Of a stretch of DNA of 64,000 nt, positions 1 to 7,905 are shown one piece after another. The stretch lies in contig CAVWHO010000020.1 in assembly GCA_963754875.1 (NCBI GenBank), positions 224,001 through 288,000 of the forward strand. Direction: 5' to 3'. Positions within the stretch are counted from its first letter, which is position 1. Every line of letters starts with the position of its first letter. This DNA is from Nitrospirota bacterium (GTDB lineage: Bacteria > Nitrospirota > UBA9217). A program made the position numbers and the translations under genes. Under the pieces are notes generated by a model. That model was not told where the DNA came from. It did no database searches and saw only the letters and a list, made by a program, of their open reading frames with translations.

Positions 1-312
1 CATGCAGGCGCCGAACAAGGCCGGGTAGAGCGCGAGATAAGCGCAGAGGGACAAGGTGATGAGGGATGCGGGAATGAGCGGAAAACCGCCATAAAAATGA
101 ATTGAATTCGTGACCCAGTGGACGGTGCCGCTAAAGAACACTATTCCCGTAATTCCGCCGAGCCAGAAGCCGGTCTTGACGTTCAGTTCCCTGAGCGCAA
201 AGAAAAGCGGAATAAAGGCAATCCAGGCAAGGAAATGGAGATTGAAGAGAGGGAAGGCTGCGGCGAGGAGAAGACCGGACAGCGCGGCGAGGGCCGTGGA
301 ACGGAGGTTCAT
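1..312 (-). CDS. lnt: Apolipoprotein N-acyltransferase, N-terminal part (runs off window start)
   Basis: Manual translation from ATG at 312: MNLRSTALAALSGLLLAAAFPLFNLHFLAWIAFIPLFFAL...GFWLGGITGIVFFSGTVHWVTNSIHFYGG...AYLALYPALFG, a typical Lnt membrane N-terminus. Not in the ORF track. Confidence 0.85.
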   Translation of the reverse strand, partial: MNLRSTALAALSGLLLAAAFPLFNLHFLAWIAFIPLFFALRELNVKTGFWLGGITGIVFFSGTVHWVTNSIHFYGGFPLIPASLITLSLCAYLALYPALFGACM

Positions 313-313
313 G

Positions 314-727
314 CTACTTTGCCGCTTTCTGTTCCTGCATCCATTTCAAGAGTCCGTCCTTCATGCTGCTGTTGATGGGCTCGCCCGCAGATGCTGAAAG
401 CGCCGGTTGCTGGTGCATTGGCCGCGGTTTGCGTGCAACACTTTTCCCAGATTTTGGATTTGGAGCTACGGACGGTTTCCTCGCCGCGGGCCGCTGCTGC
501 GCCGGCGGCCGTTTCTGCTCCTCCTGCACAGCGGGGCTGAGCGTAGAAATCGCATGGCGATACAGAATTTCCCGCTTCGGGCCTTCCATGATAATGACGT
601 AGCCGTCGAATGCCTTGATTTTTCCCGAAACACGGATCTTGTTCTGGAGCGTTACGGTTACGGGCGTCTGCTCGGTCAGATAGGTATTCAGCATCCGGTC
701 GAGGAGATTTGTTTCCATGGAAAACAC
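314..727 (-). CDS. Hfq-like (Sm-fold) RNA chaperone with long basic, Pro-rich C-terminal tail
   Basis: NLLDRMLN...PVTVTLQNKIRVSGKIKAFDGYVIIMEG..REILYRHAIST matches Hfq Sm1/Sm2 (YKHAIST) motifs. Start could be 718. Confidence 0.8.
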   Translation of the reverse strand: MFSMETNLLDRMLNTYLTEQTPVTVTLQNKIRVSGKIKAFDGYVIIMEGPKREILYRHAISTLSPAVQEEQKRPPAQQRPAARKPSVAPNPKSGKSVARKPRPMHQQPALSASAGEPINSSMKDGLLKWMQEQKAAK

Positions 728-736
728 CTCATGCTA

Positions 737-1222
737 CTACCGATTGATCGTTGTGATCGAATGTTTATAGTACAAGTGCTGCTTGCCGCTTTCTTTCAGA
801 AGGAGCGTGAAACTGTCATATGCTTCTATATTCCCCTTGATTCGTTGCCCGTTGATCAGATACAGCGTAAGGACCTGGTTTTCTCTGATAGCTTTATCGA
901 GAAACTCCTGTTGAATGTTCGGCCGTCCTGACGCCGCCTCGGATGAGGATTGCGTCTGATCAGAAACTGCCGGGACCGCTTGTGATGCGGGAAACGTGAG
1001 GAGCGTCTGCGGAGCGGTGAGGTAGGATATTTCCTGTTTCAAAAGAGTGATGATCTTGCCGCCTGCGTCAAGATTTATTTCGTACCTGCCGATCTCGCGG
1101 ATGATTCCCTCAAATTCGGTTTTGTTCATCTGGCCGATACGAAGCTTGATGCCGCTTGCTAAAGCCTGAGACAGGAACTGAGGTTCGACGGTTGCCTTTG
1201 TTTCTTCCTTCAATACTTCCAT
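737..1222 (-). CDS. Tandem Hfq-domain protein (degenerate N-terminal Sm domain plus canonical C-terminal Hfq domain)
   Basis: C-terminal NIQQEFLDKAIRENQVLTLYLINGQRIKGNIEAYDSFTLLL...HLYYKHSITTI is Hfq-like. N-terminal EPQFLSQ...FEGIIREIGRYEINL...LLKQEISYL aligns to the same pattern. Start 1222 chosen from the upstream promoter; the ORF track gives 1234. Confidence 0.78.
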   Translation of the reverse strand: MEVLKEETKATVEPQFLSQALASGIKLRIGQMNKTEFEGIIREIGRYEINLDAGGKIITLLKQEISYLTAPQTLLTFPASQAVPAVSDQTQSSSEAASGRPNIQQEFLDKAIRENQVLTLYLINGQRIKGNIEAYDSFTLLLKESGKQHLYYKHSITTINR

Positions 1223-1229
1223 TGAGAAA

Positions 1230-1258
1230 ATCATATCTGAAATTATTTACTTTTGCAA
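1230..1258 (-). promoter_or_regulatory. sigma70-type promoter TTGCAA-N17-TATGAT, 7 nt before ATG 1222
   Basis: Direct motif reading on the minus strand. Confidence 0.5.
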
Positions 1259-1471
1259 GAAAATTGTGCGGACCGCTTTTTCTTCTCCTTCAAGAAAAAT
1301 GACCCGTCACGGTCGTTCGCGATGAAGGTCGAAATATGGCACGATCATTCTTCCGGGGTGCCGGCTTTCCTCTGGTTCAGCGCGAACCGAAAGTGAAAAA
1401 GAACATCCCCCGCGTTCAATATTCATGCGGAAAATATCACTTTTCCGCCGCGGCAGAAAGCTTTTTCCTTA

Positions 1472-1500
1472 TTGACTTTTCGACGTGTATGGCCTATTAT
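1472..1500 (+). promoter_or_regulatory. sigma70-type promoter TTGACT-N17-TATTAT for queD-pmbA
   Basis: Near-consensus hexamers with a 17-nt spacer; ATG follows 8 nt later with no Shine-Dalgarno (SD). Confidence 0.55.
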
Positions 1501-1508
1501 CCAACGCT

Positions 1509-1877
1509 ATGTATGAACTTATGGTTGAATCAAAATTTGCAGCGGCCCATCAACTGCGGGGATATCAGGGCAAGTGCGAAAAACTCCACGGCCACAACTG
1601 GCGCGTGACGATTGCCGTGACCGCCGAACGGCTGGACGAAGTTGGGCTTGCAATCGATTTTCACGAATTGAAAGATTCGCTCCGCGAAGTGCTCGACCAG
1701 CTCGAACATACGTTTTTGAACGAAATATTCCCTTTTACGCAGATCAACCCGTCATCGGAAAACCTGGCCAAGTGGATCTACGACAACATGGCGAAAAAAA
1801 TCGATGACGAGAATGTCGAAGTCGCGAGCGTGACTGTCTGGGAGTCCGACACGGCGTCGGCGAGTTACTTCGAGTAA
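1509..1877 (+). CDS. queD: 6-carboxy-5,6,7,8-tetrahydropterin synthase
   Basis: FAAAHQL..Y.GKCEKLHGHNW, IDF, NPSSENLA and VWES motifs. Confidence 0.93.
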   Translation: MYELMVESKFAAAHQLRGYQGKCEKLHGHNWRVTIAVTAERLDEVGLAIDFHELKDSLREVLDQLEHTFLNEIFPFTQINPSSENLAKWIYDNMAKKIDDENVEVASVTVWESDTASASYFE

Positions 1878-1916
1878 GATCCGTTATGCTTTACCGCAGG
1901 GCGCAGAGGAGGCACC

Positions 1917-3254
1917 ATGGAAAGAAACACTGCGGAAAAGATTCTCTCTTTTGCCCGATCCCATAAGGCCGATGCAGCTGAAGTCTTTCTCCGGGCCTAT
2001 TCCTCCACATCCATTGAAGTAAAAGACCAAAAGGTTGATGCCTTCGACCGCGCTAAGGACATCGGGGCCGGGCTCCGTCTCCTCGTCGGGACGCGCATGG
2101 GTTTTGCCTTCACGACCGACCTCTCCGAAAATTCGCTCAAGACGCTTGCCCAGGCTGCGGTCACGAACGCGCAAAACACGGAGCCCGATCCGTTCCATTC
2201 TCTCCCCAACAAACCTGCAACGGCTTATCACAAGGTAAATATCTTTGATTCCGAAATCGTCAACCTGGGCGAGAAGGAAAAAATTGAACGGGTGATGGCC
2301 ATGGAACGGGAAGCTTTCGCCGTCGATGCGCGGATCAAGCGCATCCGCAAAGCATCAGCAACCTTCTCTGATGCCGAGACCCTGATCATGAATACCAATG
2401 GCGCTGAATCGTCGTACCGGAGCACTGCATGCTCATCGAGCATCGAGGTCGTTGCCGAGGACAAGGGCGAAGCGCAGGCGGGTTCCGACTTCGACGTAAA
2501 CCGCTTTTACCGGAAACTCCGGATTGAGGAAGTAGGCCGGAAGGCCGCGCAGAATGCCCTCGACCTGCTCGGCGCAAAGCACATCGATTCAATCAAAGCT
2601 CCCGTCATCCTTGAAGCGACGGTGGCCCAGGAGTTCCTCTCGATGATGGCAAGCGGCTTCTCTGCGGAGAGCGTACAGAAGAAGCGGTCGCTCTTCATGG
2701 GCAAGCTTGACCAGGAGGTAGCATCTTCGGTCATCACGGTGTTCGATGACGGGCTGCTTGAGGGCGGGCTCGGGACCGCGCCATCGGACGACGAGACCGT
2801 GCCGATGATAAAAAAAACCGTGATCGAACGGGGCTGGCTGGCCATGTTCCTTTATAATACGTACACGGCGAACAAAGACAAGACCGTATCAACGGGAAAC
2901 GGCATGCGCGGCGGGTTTAAGGGCATCCCCGGCGTGGGTCTGACGAACCTTTATGTTGATCCGGGAAAGCAATCTCTTGAAGACCTGATCGGTTCAATCG
3001 ACAAGGGCCTTTACGTGACGGAAGTCATGGGCATGCATACCGCCAATCCGATCTCCGGGGACTTTTCCGTGGGGGCGATCGGGTTCTGGATCGAGAAGGG
3101 CAGGAAAGCCTATCCCGTGCGCGAGATCACGCTCGCAGGAAACATCCTCGATCTCATGAAACACGTAGATGCCGTGGGCAGCGACCTTCGCTTTTCCGGA
3201 AGGCTCGGCAGCCCGTCGCTTCGAATCAGGGAACTTTCGATAGGCGGGAAGTAG
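1917..3254 (+). CDS. TldD/PmbA family protein (PmbA-like)
   Basis: G.GLR, DDG, SGDFS and GSPSLRI motifs; 445 aa; no obvious HExxxH. Confidence 0.88.
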   Translation: MERNTAEKILSFARSHKADAAEVFLRAYSSTSIEVKDQKVDAFDRAKDIGAGLRLLVGTRMGFAFTTDLSENSLKTLAQAAVTNAQNTEPDPFHSLPNKPATAYHKVNIFDSEIVNLGEKEKIERVMAMEREAFAVDARIKRIRKASATFSDAETLIMNTNGAESSYRSTACSSSIEVVAEDKGEAQAGSDFDVNRFYRKLRIEEVGRKAAQNALDLLGAKHIDSIKAPVILEATVAQEFLSMMASGFSAESVQKKRSLFMGKLDQEVASSVITVFDDGLLEGGLGTAPSDDETVPMIKKTVIERGWLAMFLYNTYTANKDKTVSTGNGMRGGFKGIPGVGLTNLYVDPGKQSLEDLIGSIDKGLYVTEVMGMHTANPISGDFSVGAIGFWIEKGRKAYPVREITLAGNILDLMKHVDAVGSDLRFSGRLGSPSLRIRELSIGGK

Positions 3255-3295
3255 GTTGCGTCCTGAACCAGCGTTTTGTTCCATAATTAAGTTGA

Positions 3296-3450
3296 GTGAT
3301 CTACCCCACGCCTGAAGGCGGGGGCTTCTCAGGTCAACGAAGGGCTTTAGTACGCCGATTCTCACTGAGCGTTACTTTCGGGCGATCCGCCCGTAGTTAA
3401 ATTTGTCCGAAAAGGAGAATGTTTTGAGCAGCATTGAAATCACGGTCAAC
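3296..3450 (-). ncRNA. Putative TnpB omegaRNA (reRNA) scaffold overlapping the tnpB 3' end and right end
   Basis: Position is established for TnpB systems; the region between the tnpB stop and the right-end hairpin is structured. 5' boundary approximate. Confidence 0.55.
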
Positions 3451-4500
3451 GATTTCTCTGCAACCTTGACAAGTCCACTCTCGATCTTTGAGTGTAAGCC
3501 CGTCGTTGATCCAGCCGCACGTTGCATGCCGCTTAGACGATGGGAAAAACCTGTCGATTTGACCGAACATGGTTCCACTCCATTCGGATTTGTACGCAAC
3601 CTGACGGATGAATTCAGACCAGCCAGCATCGCAAACGCTTTTTGCAATGCAGTGGTTCGCCGTCATGCCCTTCACATTCAAGTCCTCGGCAAAGATAGCT
3701 TGGTTCTCGCTTACCAGCCGGGAACTCAATTTGTGAAGGAAATCTTTTCTTTGATTCGCAATTTTTTCATGAAGCAGCGCGACCTTGTGACGCGCTTTGT
3801 TCCGGTTCGCGCTGCCCTTTACCTTGCGGGAAAGACGGCACTGAAAGAACTTCAAGCGATCTTCGGACTTGCGGAGAAACTTTGGGGACTCAACCCGTTC
3901 ACCATTGGAGGTTACGAGAAACGATTTGAGCCCCAGGTCGATGCCGATCTGATTACCAGACTTTTTCGGCTTTATTTTCTTTTCGACTTCACAAAGAACG
4001 GAGGCAAAATACTTTCCGGTCGTTGTCTTCGAGATCGTAATGCTCTTCAATGCGCCTTCAATCTTGCGGTGAAGAACGGCCTTGATCGGAGCGAACTTCG
4101 GAATACTGATAGTCCCAGAGTCAGTATCGACGGAAAAATGTTGAGGCACCAGAAACGATTGTCTGTCATGCTTGCTCTTGAACTTCGGGAACTCCGATCG
4201 CTTGTTAAAAAAGTTGTTGTATGCAACATCAAGACGACGCAGGGACTGTTGAAGCGCCTGAGAATTTACAGCGTTCAGCCACACAAATTCAGGGCTCTTT
4301 TTGAGATCAGTCAGCATCTTCGCCGTGTCATTGTACGTCAATCCCTGTTTCTTCTTGCCCTTATTCGTAGCGTAGTAATCAATGCGCTCACGCAGAAATC
4401 GGTTGTAGACGAAACGGCAGGACCCGAAATGATGAGCGAGAAATTCGGACTGCTTCGCTGTCGGGTTAAGCCGAAAACTGTAAGCTTTATTGATGAGCAT
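3397..4500 (-). CDS. tnpB: RNA-guided endonuclease TnpB
   Basis: HTH (AYSFRLNPT...FGSCRFVYN), RuvC D (GIDLGLK), E (AEDLNVKGM), D (DRDFNAAQNI); Zn ribbon HATC...CQGC. Confidence 0.95.
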   Translation of the reverse strand: MLINKAYSFRLNPTAKQSEFLAHHFGSCRFVYNRFLRERIDYYATNKGKKKQGLTYNDTAKMLTDLKKSPEFVWLNAVNSQALQQSLRRLDVAYNNFFNKRSEFPKFKSKHDRQSFLVPQHFSVDTDSGTISIPKFAPIKAVLHRKIEGALKSITISKTTTGKYFASVLCEVEKKIKPKKSGNQIGIDLGLKSFLVTSNGERVESPKFLRKSEDRLKFFQCRLSRKVKGSANRNKARHKVALLHEKIANQRKDFLHKLSSRLVSENQAIFAEDLNVKGMTANHCIAKSVCDAGWSEFIRQVAYKSEWSGTMFGQIDRFFPSSKRHATCGWINDGLTLKDREWTCQGCREIVDRDFNAAQNILLFGQI

Positions 4501-4784
4501 GATTTACAATATATCATGGTTTAATGTAAAAGGCAACTAAATTCTTAGCCCGCTTTGCGGGATGCGGCTTATATCCCCATAGCTAAAGCAAGGGGTCTTA
4601 CGCCGCGAGGTGATAAATAAGTATGAGATAGGCCAATCGTACTTCGAGCCGTTTAACCCCGCCCGTCACACGTCACGTATATCCAGATCACTGAGGGAAG
4701 CCCCCGAAGCGAGGCGTAGTTGTGGTTCCGCCTAACCTGTGCTTAACTATCCAGTGCGGCGGCCCCATGACATGGAGTCGCTTA

Positions 4785-5143
4785 TACCGCGGCCACTGGT
4801 GACAGTTCTGCCGCCAGCAGTTGCTGGATTTCCAAAGAAGCATGGCCGAATTCGAGTAGAAGAACATTCGGATCATCGCGGCTTCGTCTGATCCCTTGAA
4901 TAAGCTGCCAAGACTGTCGAACATTACGGTTTGACCTTTGCCGTGGGGTACGGCCTCGTCCCTAGAGCAGTGTCATCAATCACCGGGGCTTTCTGCAATC
5001 CCGCGAAAAACTTCCTCCATGCAACTGGATTTATCATCAGCCCGGGAGGAAAGATTGAGAACGCAGTATACAGCAGCAGGTCTATTGGAAGGCTCAGGCC
5101 CAAGTCTGCCTCGCTTTTATCAATACTTAGCACACCTCGATGA
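4785..5143 (+). pseudogene. Decayed selenocysteine-type peroxiredoxin-like (AhpC/TSA family) gene
   Basis: Reads YRGHW-TGA(4800)-QFCRQQLLDFQ..., then TAG at 4857 and a frameshift near 4905, continuing ...LTFAVGYG...FLHATGFIISPGGKIENAVYSSRSIGRL. 5' end degraded. Confidence 0.7.
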
Positions 5144-5219
5144 ACAAAGGACGAATTTTCCCCCAAGGACCGCTAATGTATTCTCGAAGGAAAGTTTGTA
5201 CCCACCGCAGAAGAATCTA

Positions 5220-6426
5220 GTGTAGTGTCTCACAAACGACTGGTGTTATCAGCCTTTTTCTTGCGAGAGCGAGGTAATGTGCAGCCTGGCTGAATTTTCT
5301 CCAATGTTTGTTTGCAGCGTCCAAGTTTCTTAACGATCGATTCAACGGTTGCGGTCCATACAAACGGTTTTGGGTCTTTGTTCCAAGCAGCCAAATACTC
5401 TTCGATAGCGCTCTTGAGCGCGTCCACGCTGACAAAGACTCCGCGACGTATTCGTTTTCCCGTCAGTTCTCCGAACCAACGCTCAACAAGGTTCAACCAG
5501 CTTGAACTGGTCGGGACGAAGTGGGAAACAAAACGTGGATGCCGTGTTAACCATCTCTGGACTTTGGGGTGCTTATGCGTGCCATAGTTATCCATCACTA
5601 TGTGCAGCTGCTTTTCGACCGGGAATTCAGCATCCAGTTGCTTTAAAAACTTGAGAAATTCCTGATGGCGATGCCGAGCATAACATTGACCGATCACTTT
5701 ACCTTGCGCCAATTCGAGCGCAGCAAAAAGGGTTGTCGTGCCGTTACGCTTATAGTCATGAGTCATGGTACCGCAACGCCCTTTTTTTAAAGGAAGTCCC
5801 GGTTGTGTACGATCTAACGCTTGAATCTGGCTTTTCTCATCCACACACAGCACTAATGCTTTTTCTGGAGGATTGAGATAGAGCCCGACGACATCGGTAA
5901 GCTTTTCCAAGAACCGTGGATCGCGTGACAACTTAAATCCCGTGGTTCTGTGCGGCTGAATATGATGACTTTGCCAGATCCTATTGATCGTTGCTTTGCT
6001 CACGCCCTGCTGTTCAGCCATCGTTCGGCAACTCCAATGGGTGGCTCCAGCAGGCTTCGTTTGCAGTGTGGCATTAATTATTTTATTAATTTTGGTTGCC
6101 GTTAACTCTGGTTTACGTCCGCGACCTGCCGCAACTTCCCAAAGGCAGTCCGGACCTTCACTACAGAACCGCTGCCTCCATAATGCAGCCGTTTTATAAT
6201 TGATTTGCATTTGCTTTGCGATGGCCTTGTCTTGTTGGCCATTCGCAGCGGCTAGAATAATTCGACACCGTTGAGCAACTTGTTGCGGGGTGCGATGAGC
6301 CCGCACCCATTGCTCTAGTTCTTGTCGATCAGACTCAGTAAGGTTTATGGTTAAAGCGTGTCGTGCCATGAACAGCATCCTATCACAAATCATGACATAA
6401 CACCAGTTAATTGAGAGACACTACAC
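5220..6426 (-). mobile_element. IS630-family insertion sequence
   Basis: Perfect 15-bp inverted repeat including target: ctagtgtagtgtctc (5217-5231) and gagacactacactag (6415-6429), extending imperfectly to about 33 bp. TA duplication within a CTAG target. Confidence 0.93.
5230..6369 (-). CDS. IS630-family transposase
   Basis: HWSCRTMA, VLCVDEKSQIQALDR, HDYKRNGTTTLFAAL, MDNYGTHK, SSWLNLVERWF (DDE triad intact). Confidence 0.95.
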   Translation of the reverse strand: MARHALTINLTESDRQELEQWVRAHRTPQQVAQRCRIILAAANGQQDKAIAKQMQINYKTAALWRQRFCSEGPDCLWEVAAGRGRKPELTATKINKIINATLQTKPAGATHWSCRTMAEQQGVSKATINRIWQSHHIQPHRTTGFKLSRDPRFLEKLTDVVGLYLNPPEKALVLCVDEKSQIQALDRTQPGLPLKKGRCGTMTHDYKRNGTTTLFAALELAQGKVIGQCYARHRHQEFLKFLKQLDAEFPVEKQLHIVMDNYGTHKHPKVQRWLTRHPRFVSHFVPTSSSWLNLVERWFGELTGKRIRRGVFVSVDALKSAIEEYLAAWNKDPKPFVWTATVESIVKKLGRCKQTLEKIQPGCTLPRSRKKKADNTSRL

Positions 6427-6463
6427 TAGGAAATTACACAGCGACCAGAGCAAGAAATTGTGC

Positions 6464-6512
6464 TTGACATTTATGTAAAAGTATAATAATATTTGCATAC
6501 TTTTATGTAAAT
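6464..6512 (+). promoter_or_regulatory. Promoter (TTGACA at 6464) overlapped by a 16-bp imperfect inverted repeat; probable ArsR operator
   Basis: ATTTATGTAAAAGTAT (6469-6484) and ATACTTTTATGTAAAT (6497-6512) are 14/16 complementary. Confidence 0.6.
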
Positions 6513-6545
6513 TGTTTTTCGTTTCGATATAAGGAGAAAAACAAA

Positions 6546-6887
6546 ATGCTCCCCATGGACAAGAGAATCGATCTCCTCAAAGTCATCGCCCACCCCATGC
6601 GCATCAAGATTCTCGAAGAGCTTACTCAAGGTGTGAAATGCGTAAGCGATTTCGAAGACTCCCTCGACATCAGCCAGCCGAATGTGTCACAGCACTTGAC
6701 CCTCCTCCGAACGAACGGAATCATCGATTTCTTCGTTGACGGAAGGCTCAAGTGCTATTTCCTCAAAGAACCTCTCATCCCTGATCTCCTGGGACTTCTC
6801 AAAAAAAAGTATAAAGAAGACATACCCGCACCGGCCTGTTGTCCGGTGACGAAAAAAGGAACTTACCCTGGCGAAAGGAGAAGATAA
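6546..6887 (+). CDS. ArsR/SmtB-family transcriptional repressor with C-terminal Cys-Cys
   Basis: AHPMRIKIL, KCVSD, SQPNVSQHLTLLR; C-terminal PACCP. Confidence 0.9.
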   Translation: MLPMDKRIDLLKVIAHPMRIKILEELTQGVKCVSDFEDSLDISQPNVSQHLTLLRTNGIIDFFVDGRLKCYFLKEPLIPDLLGLLKKKYKEDIPAPACCPVTKKGTYPGERRR

Positions 6888-6893
6888 GTCTGC

Positions 6894-7163
6894 ATGAAAA
6901 AGCACACAATTACTCTCTACGTGAACGACCCCATGGGCAAGCGCTGATTGTCCAATATGGATGCCGCTCGTGTGGCGGAGAAAGAGTTCGGCGCAGAAGT
7001 CGTCGTAATCAAGAAGACCTCGAAGGAGTATCAGGGGCAGCGAGACCCGCTTCCCTGTCCTTCCGTTGTCTTGAACGGGCGGCTCATCGCAAAGAAAGAT
7101 ACCATTACGTACCAAAGCTTGAAGACATCGATCATGTGCGACTGTGAAATAACACTCGTATAA
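6894..7163 (+). CDS. Putative selenoprotein, small thioredoxin-like fold (UGA at codon 18)
   Basis: ATG 6894 gives MKKHTITLYVNDPMGKR-TGA(6945)-LSNMDAA..., in frame with ORF 6948..7163. Thioredoxin-type cis-Pro motif CPSVVLNGRL. Hairpin GCCGC-UCGU-GUGGC 15 nt after the UGA. Confidence 0.68.
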
Positions 7164-7174
7164 AGGAGGGTGCC

Positions 7175-7531
7175 ATGCCAAAAACCGTAACTCTATATTT
7201 ATCAACATCGCCGTATTCCTACGAGAACACGCTGACGAGCGCCCGCATTGCCGAATCCGCTTTGAACAAGGGCCATACCGTCAACCTCATCGCATCGGCT
7301 GACGGCATCTACTGCTTTCTGACAAAGCAGAAGGCGAAAGGGATCCTGAATGCCGAAGAGGAATTCACCAGGCTCATACAAAAAGGCTTGAAGGTGTATC
7401 TCTGAGGCGGGTGCCTCAACTTTCGCCGTGCGGCGAAAGACGACTATCTTGCAGGTACAGAAGTAGGCTCGCTTAAAGGCCTGTTTGCAACCATGGGCGA
7501 GACGGACGTGTGGATTAATCTAGGTGCATAG
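7175..7531 (+). CDS. dsrE: Selenocysteine-containing DsrE/TusD-family sulfur relay protein (UxxC)
   Basis: SD aggagg; SPYSYE and ADGIY DsrE motifs; KVYL-TGA(7403)-GGCLNFRR...GSLKGLF...WINLGA-TAG(7529). Read-through gives a full-length 118-aa DsrE with UGA at the catalytic Cys position. Confidence 0.85.
7420..7439 (+). promoter_or_regulatory. Candidate bacterial SECIS hairpin in dsrE
   Basis: Perfect 8-bp stem CUUUCGCC-GUGC-GGCGAAAG starting 14 nt after UGA 7403-7405. Confidence 0.65.
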
Positions 7532-7540
7532 GAGGAGCAT

Positions 7541-7894
7541 ATGTCAAATGTTGCGATGATCTTAAAGAGATCTCCCTACGGCGATATCAACGCGGCCGAG
7601 GCTGTACGCCATGCCCTTGGCGCTGTGTCCGGTGAACTTAGCGTTGATCTCATCCTGATCGACGGCGGGGTGCTGCTTGCAAAGAAGGGGCAGGACGACA
7701 AGGGTACGGGTTTCACAAATCTCGAAGGCACTCTCAAGGACTGCGTCGAAATGGGAGTCGCCGTCTATGCCGACACTGCTTCGCTCAAAACGCAGGGTGT
7801 CCCGTCAAACGAGGTCGTCGAAAACGTCAAACTGGTCGGTGCCAAAGAGATCGCGGGACTGTTGAAGGAAGCAAAATCGACCATGATATTCTAG
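7541..7894 (+). CDS. dsrF: DsrF/TusC-family protein
   Basis: RSPYGD..AAEAVR.AL, DGGVLL..KGQD, VYAD..SL; lies between dsrE-like and dsrH-like genes. Confidence 0.8.
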   Translation: MSNVAMILKRSPYGDINAAEAVRHALGAVSGELSVDLILIDGGVLLAKKGQDDKGTGFTNLEGTLKDCVEMGVAVYADTASLKTQGVPSNEVVENVKLVGAKEIAGLLKEAKSTMIF

Positions 7895-7905
7895 AGGAGG
7901 CTGCT

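Larger units (their letters stand above)
3296..4612 (-). mobile_element. IS200/IS605-family tnpB-only (IS1341-like) element
   Basis: Left-end hairpin gcggcgtaagaccccttgctttagctatggggatataagccgc preceded by TTTAT (putative TAM, 4617-4613). Right-end hairpin gaagcccccgccttcaggcgtggggtagatcac. No tnpA. The right end could alternatively be TCAA at 3292. Confidence 0.85.

Noticed and set aside
1337..1352. sigma54-like TGGCACG motif
   Set aside because: The -12 element reads TTCT rather than TTGC.
1370..1420. Possible preQ1 riboswitch upstream of queD
   Set aside because: The small GGTTC...GAACC hairpin does not fit the preQ1 consensus and lies upstream of the apparent promoter at 1472-1500.
3403..4524. 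373-aa plus-strand ORF
   Set aside because: Antisense shadow of tnpB with no recognisable motifs.
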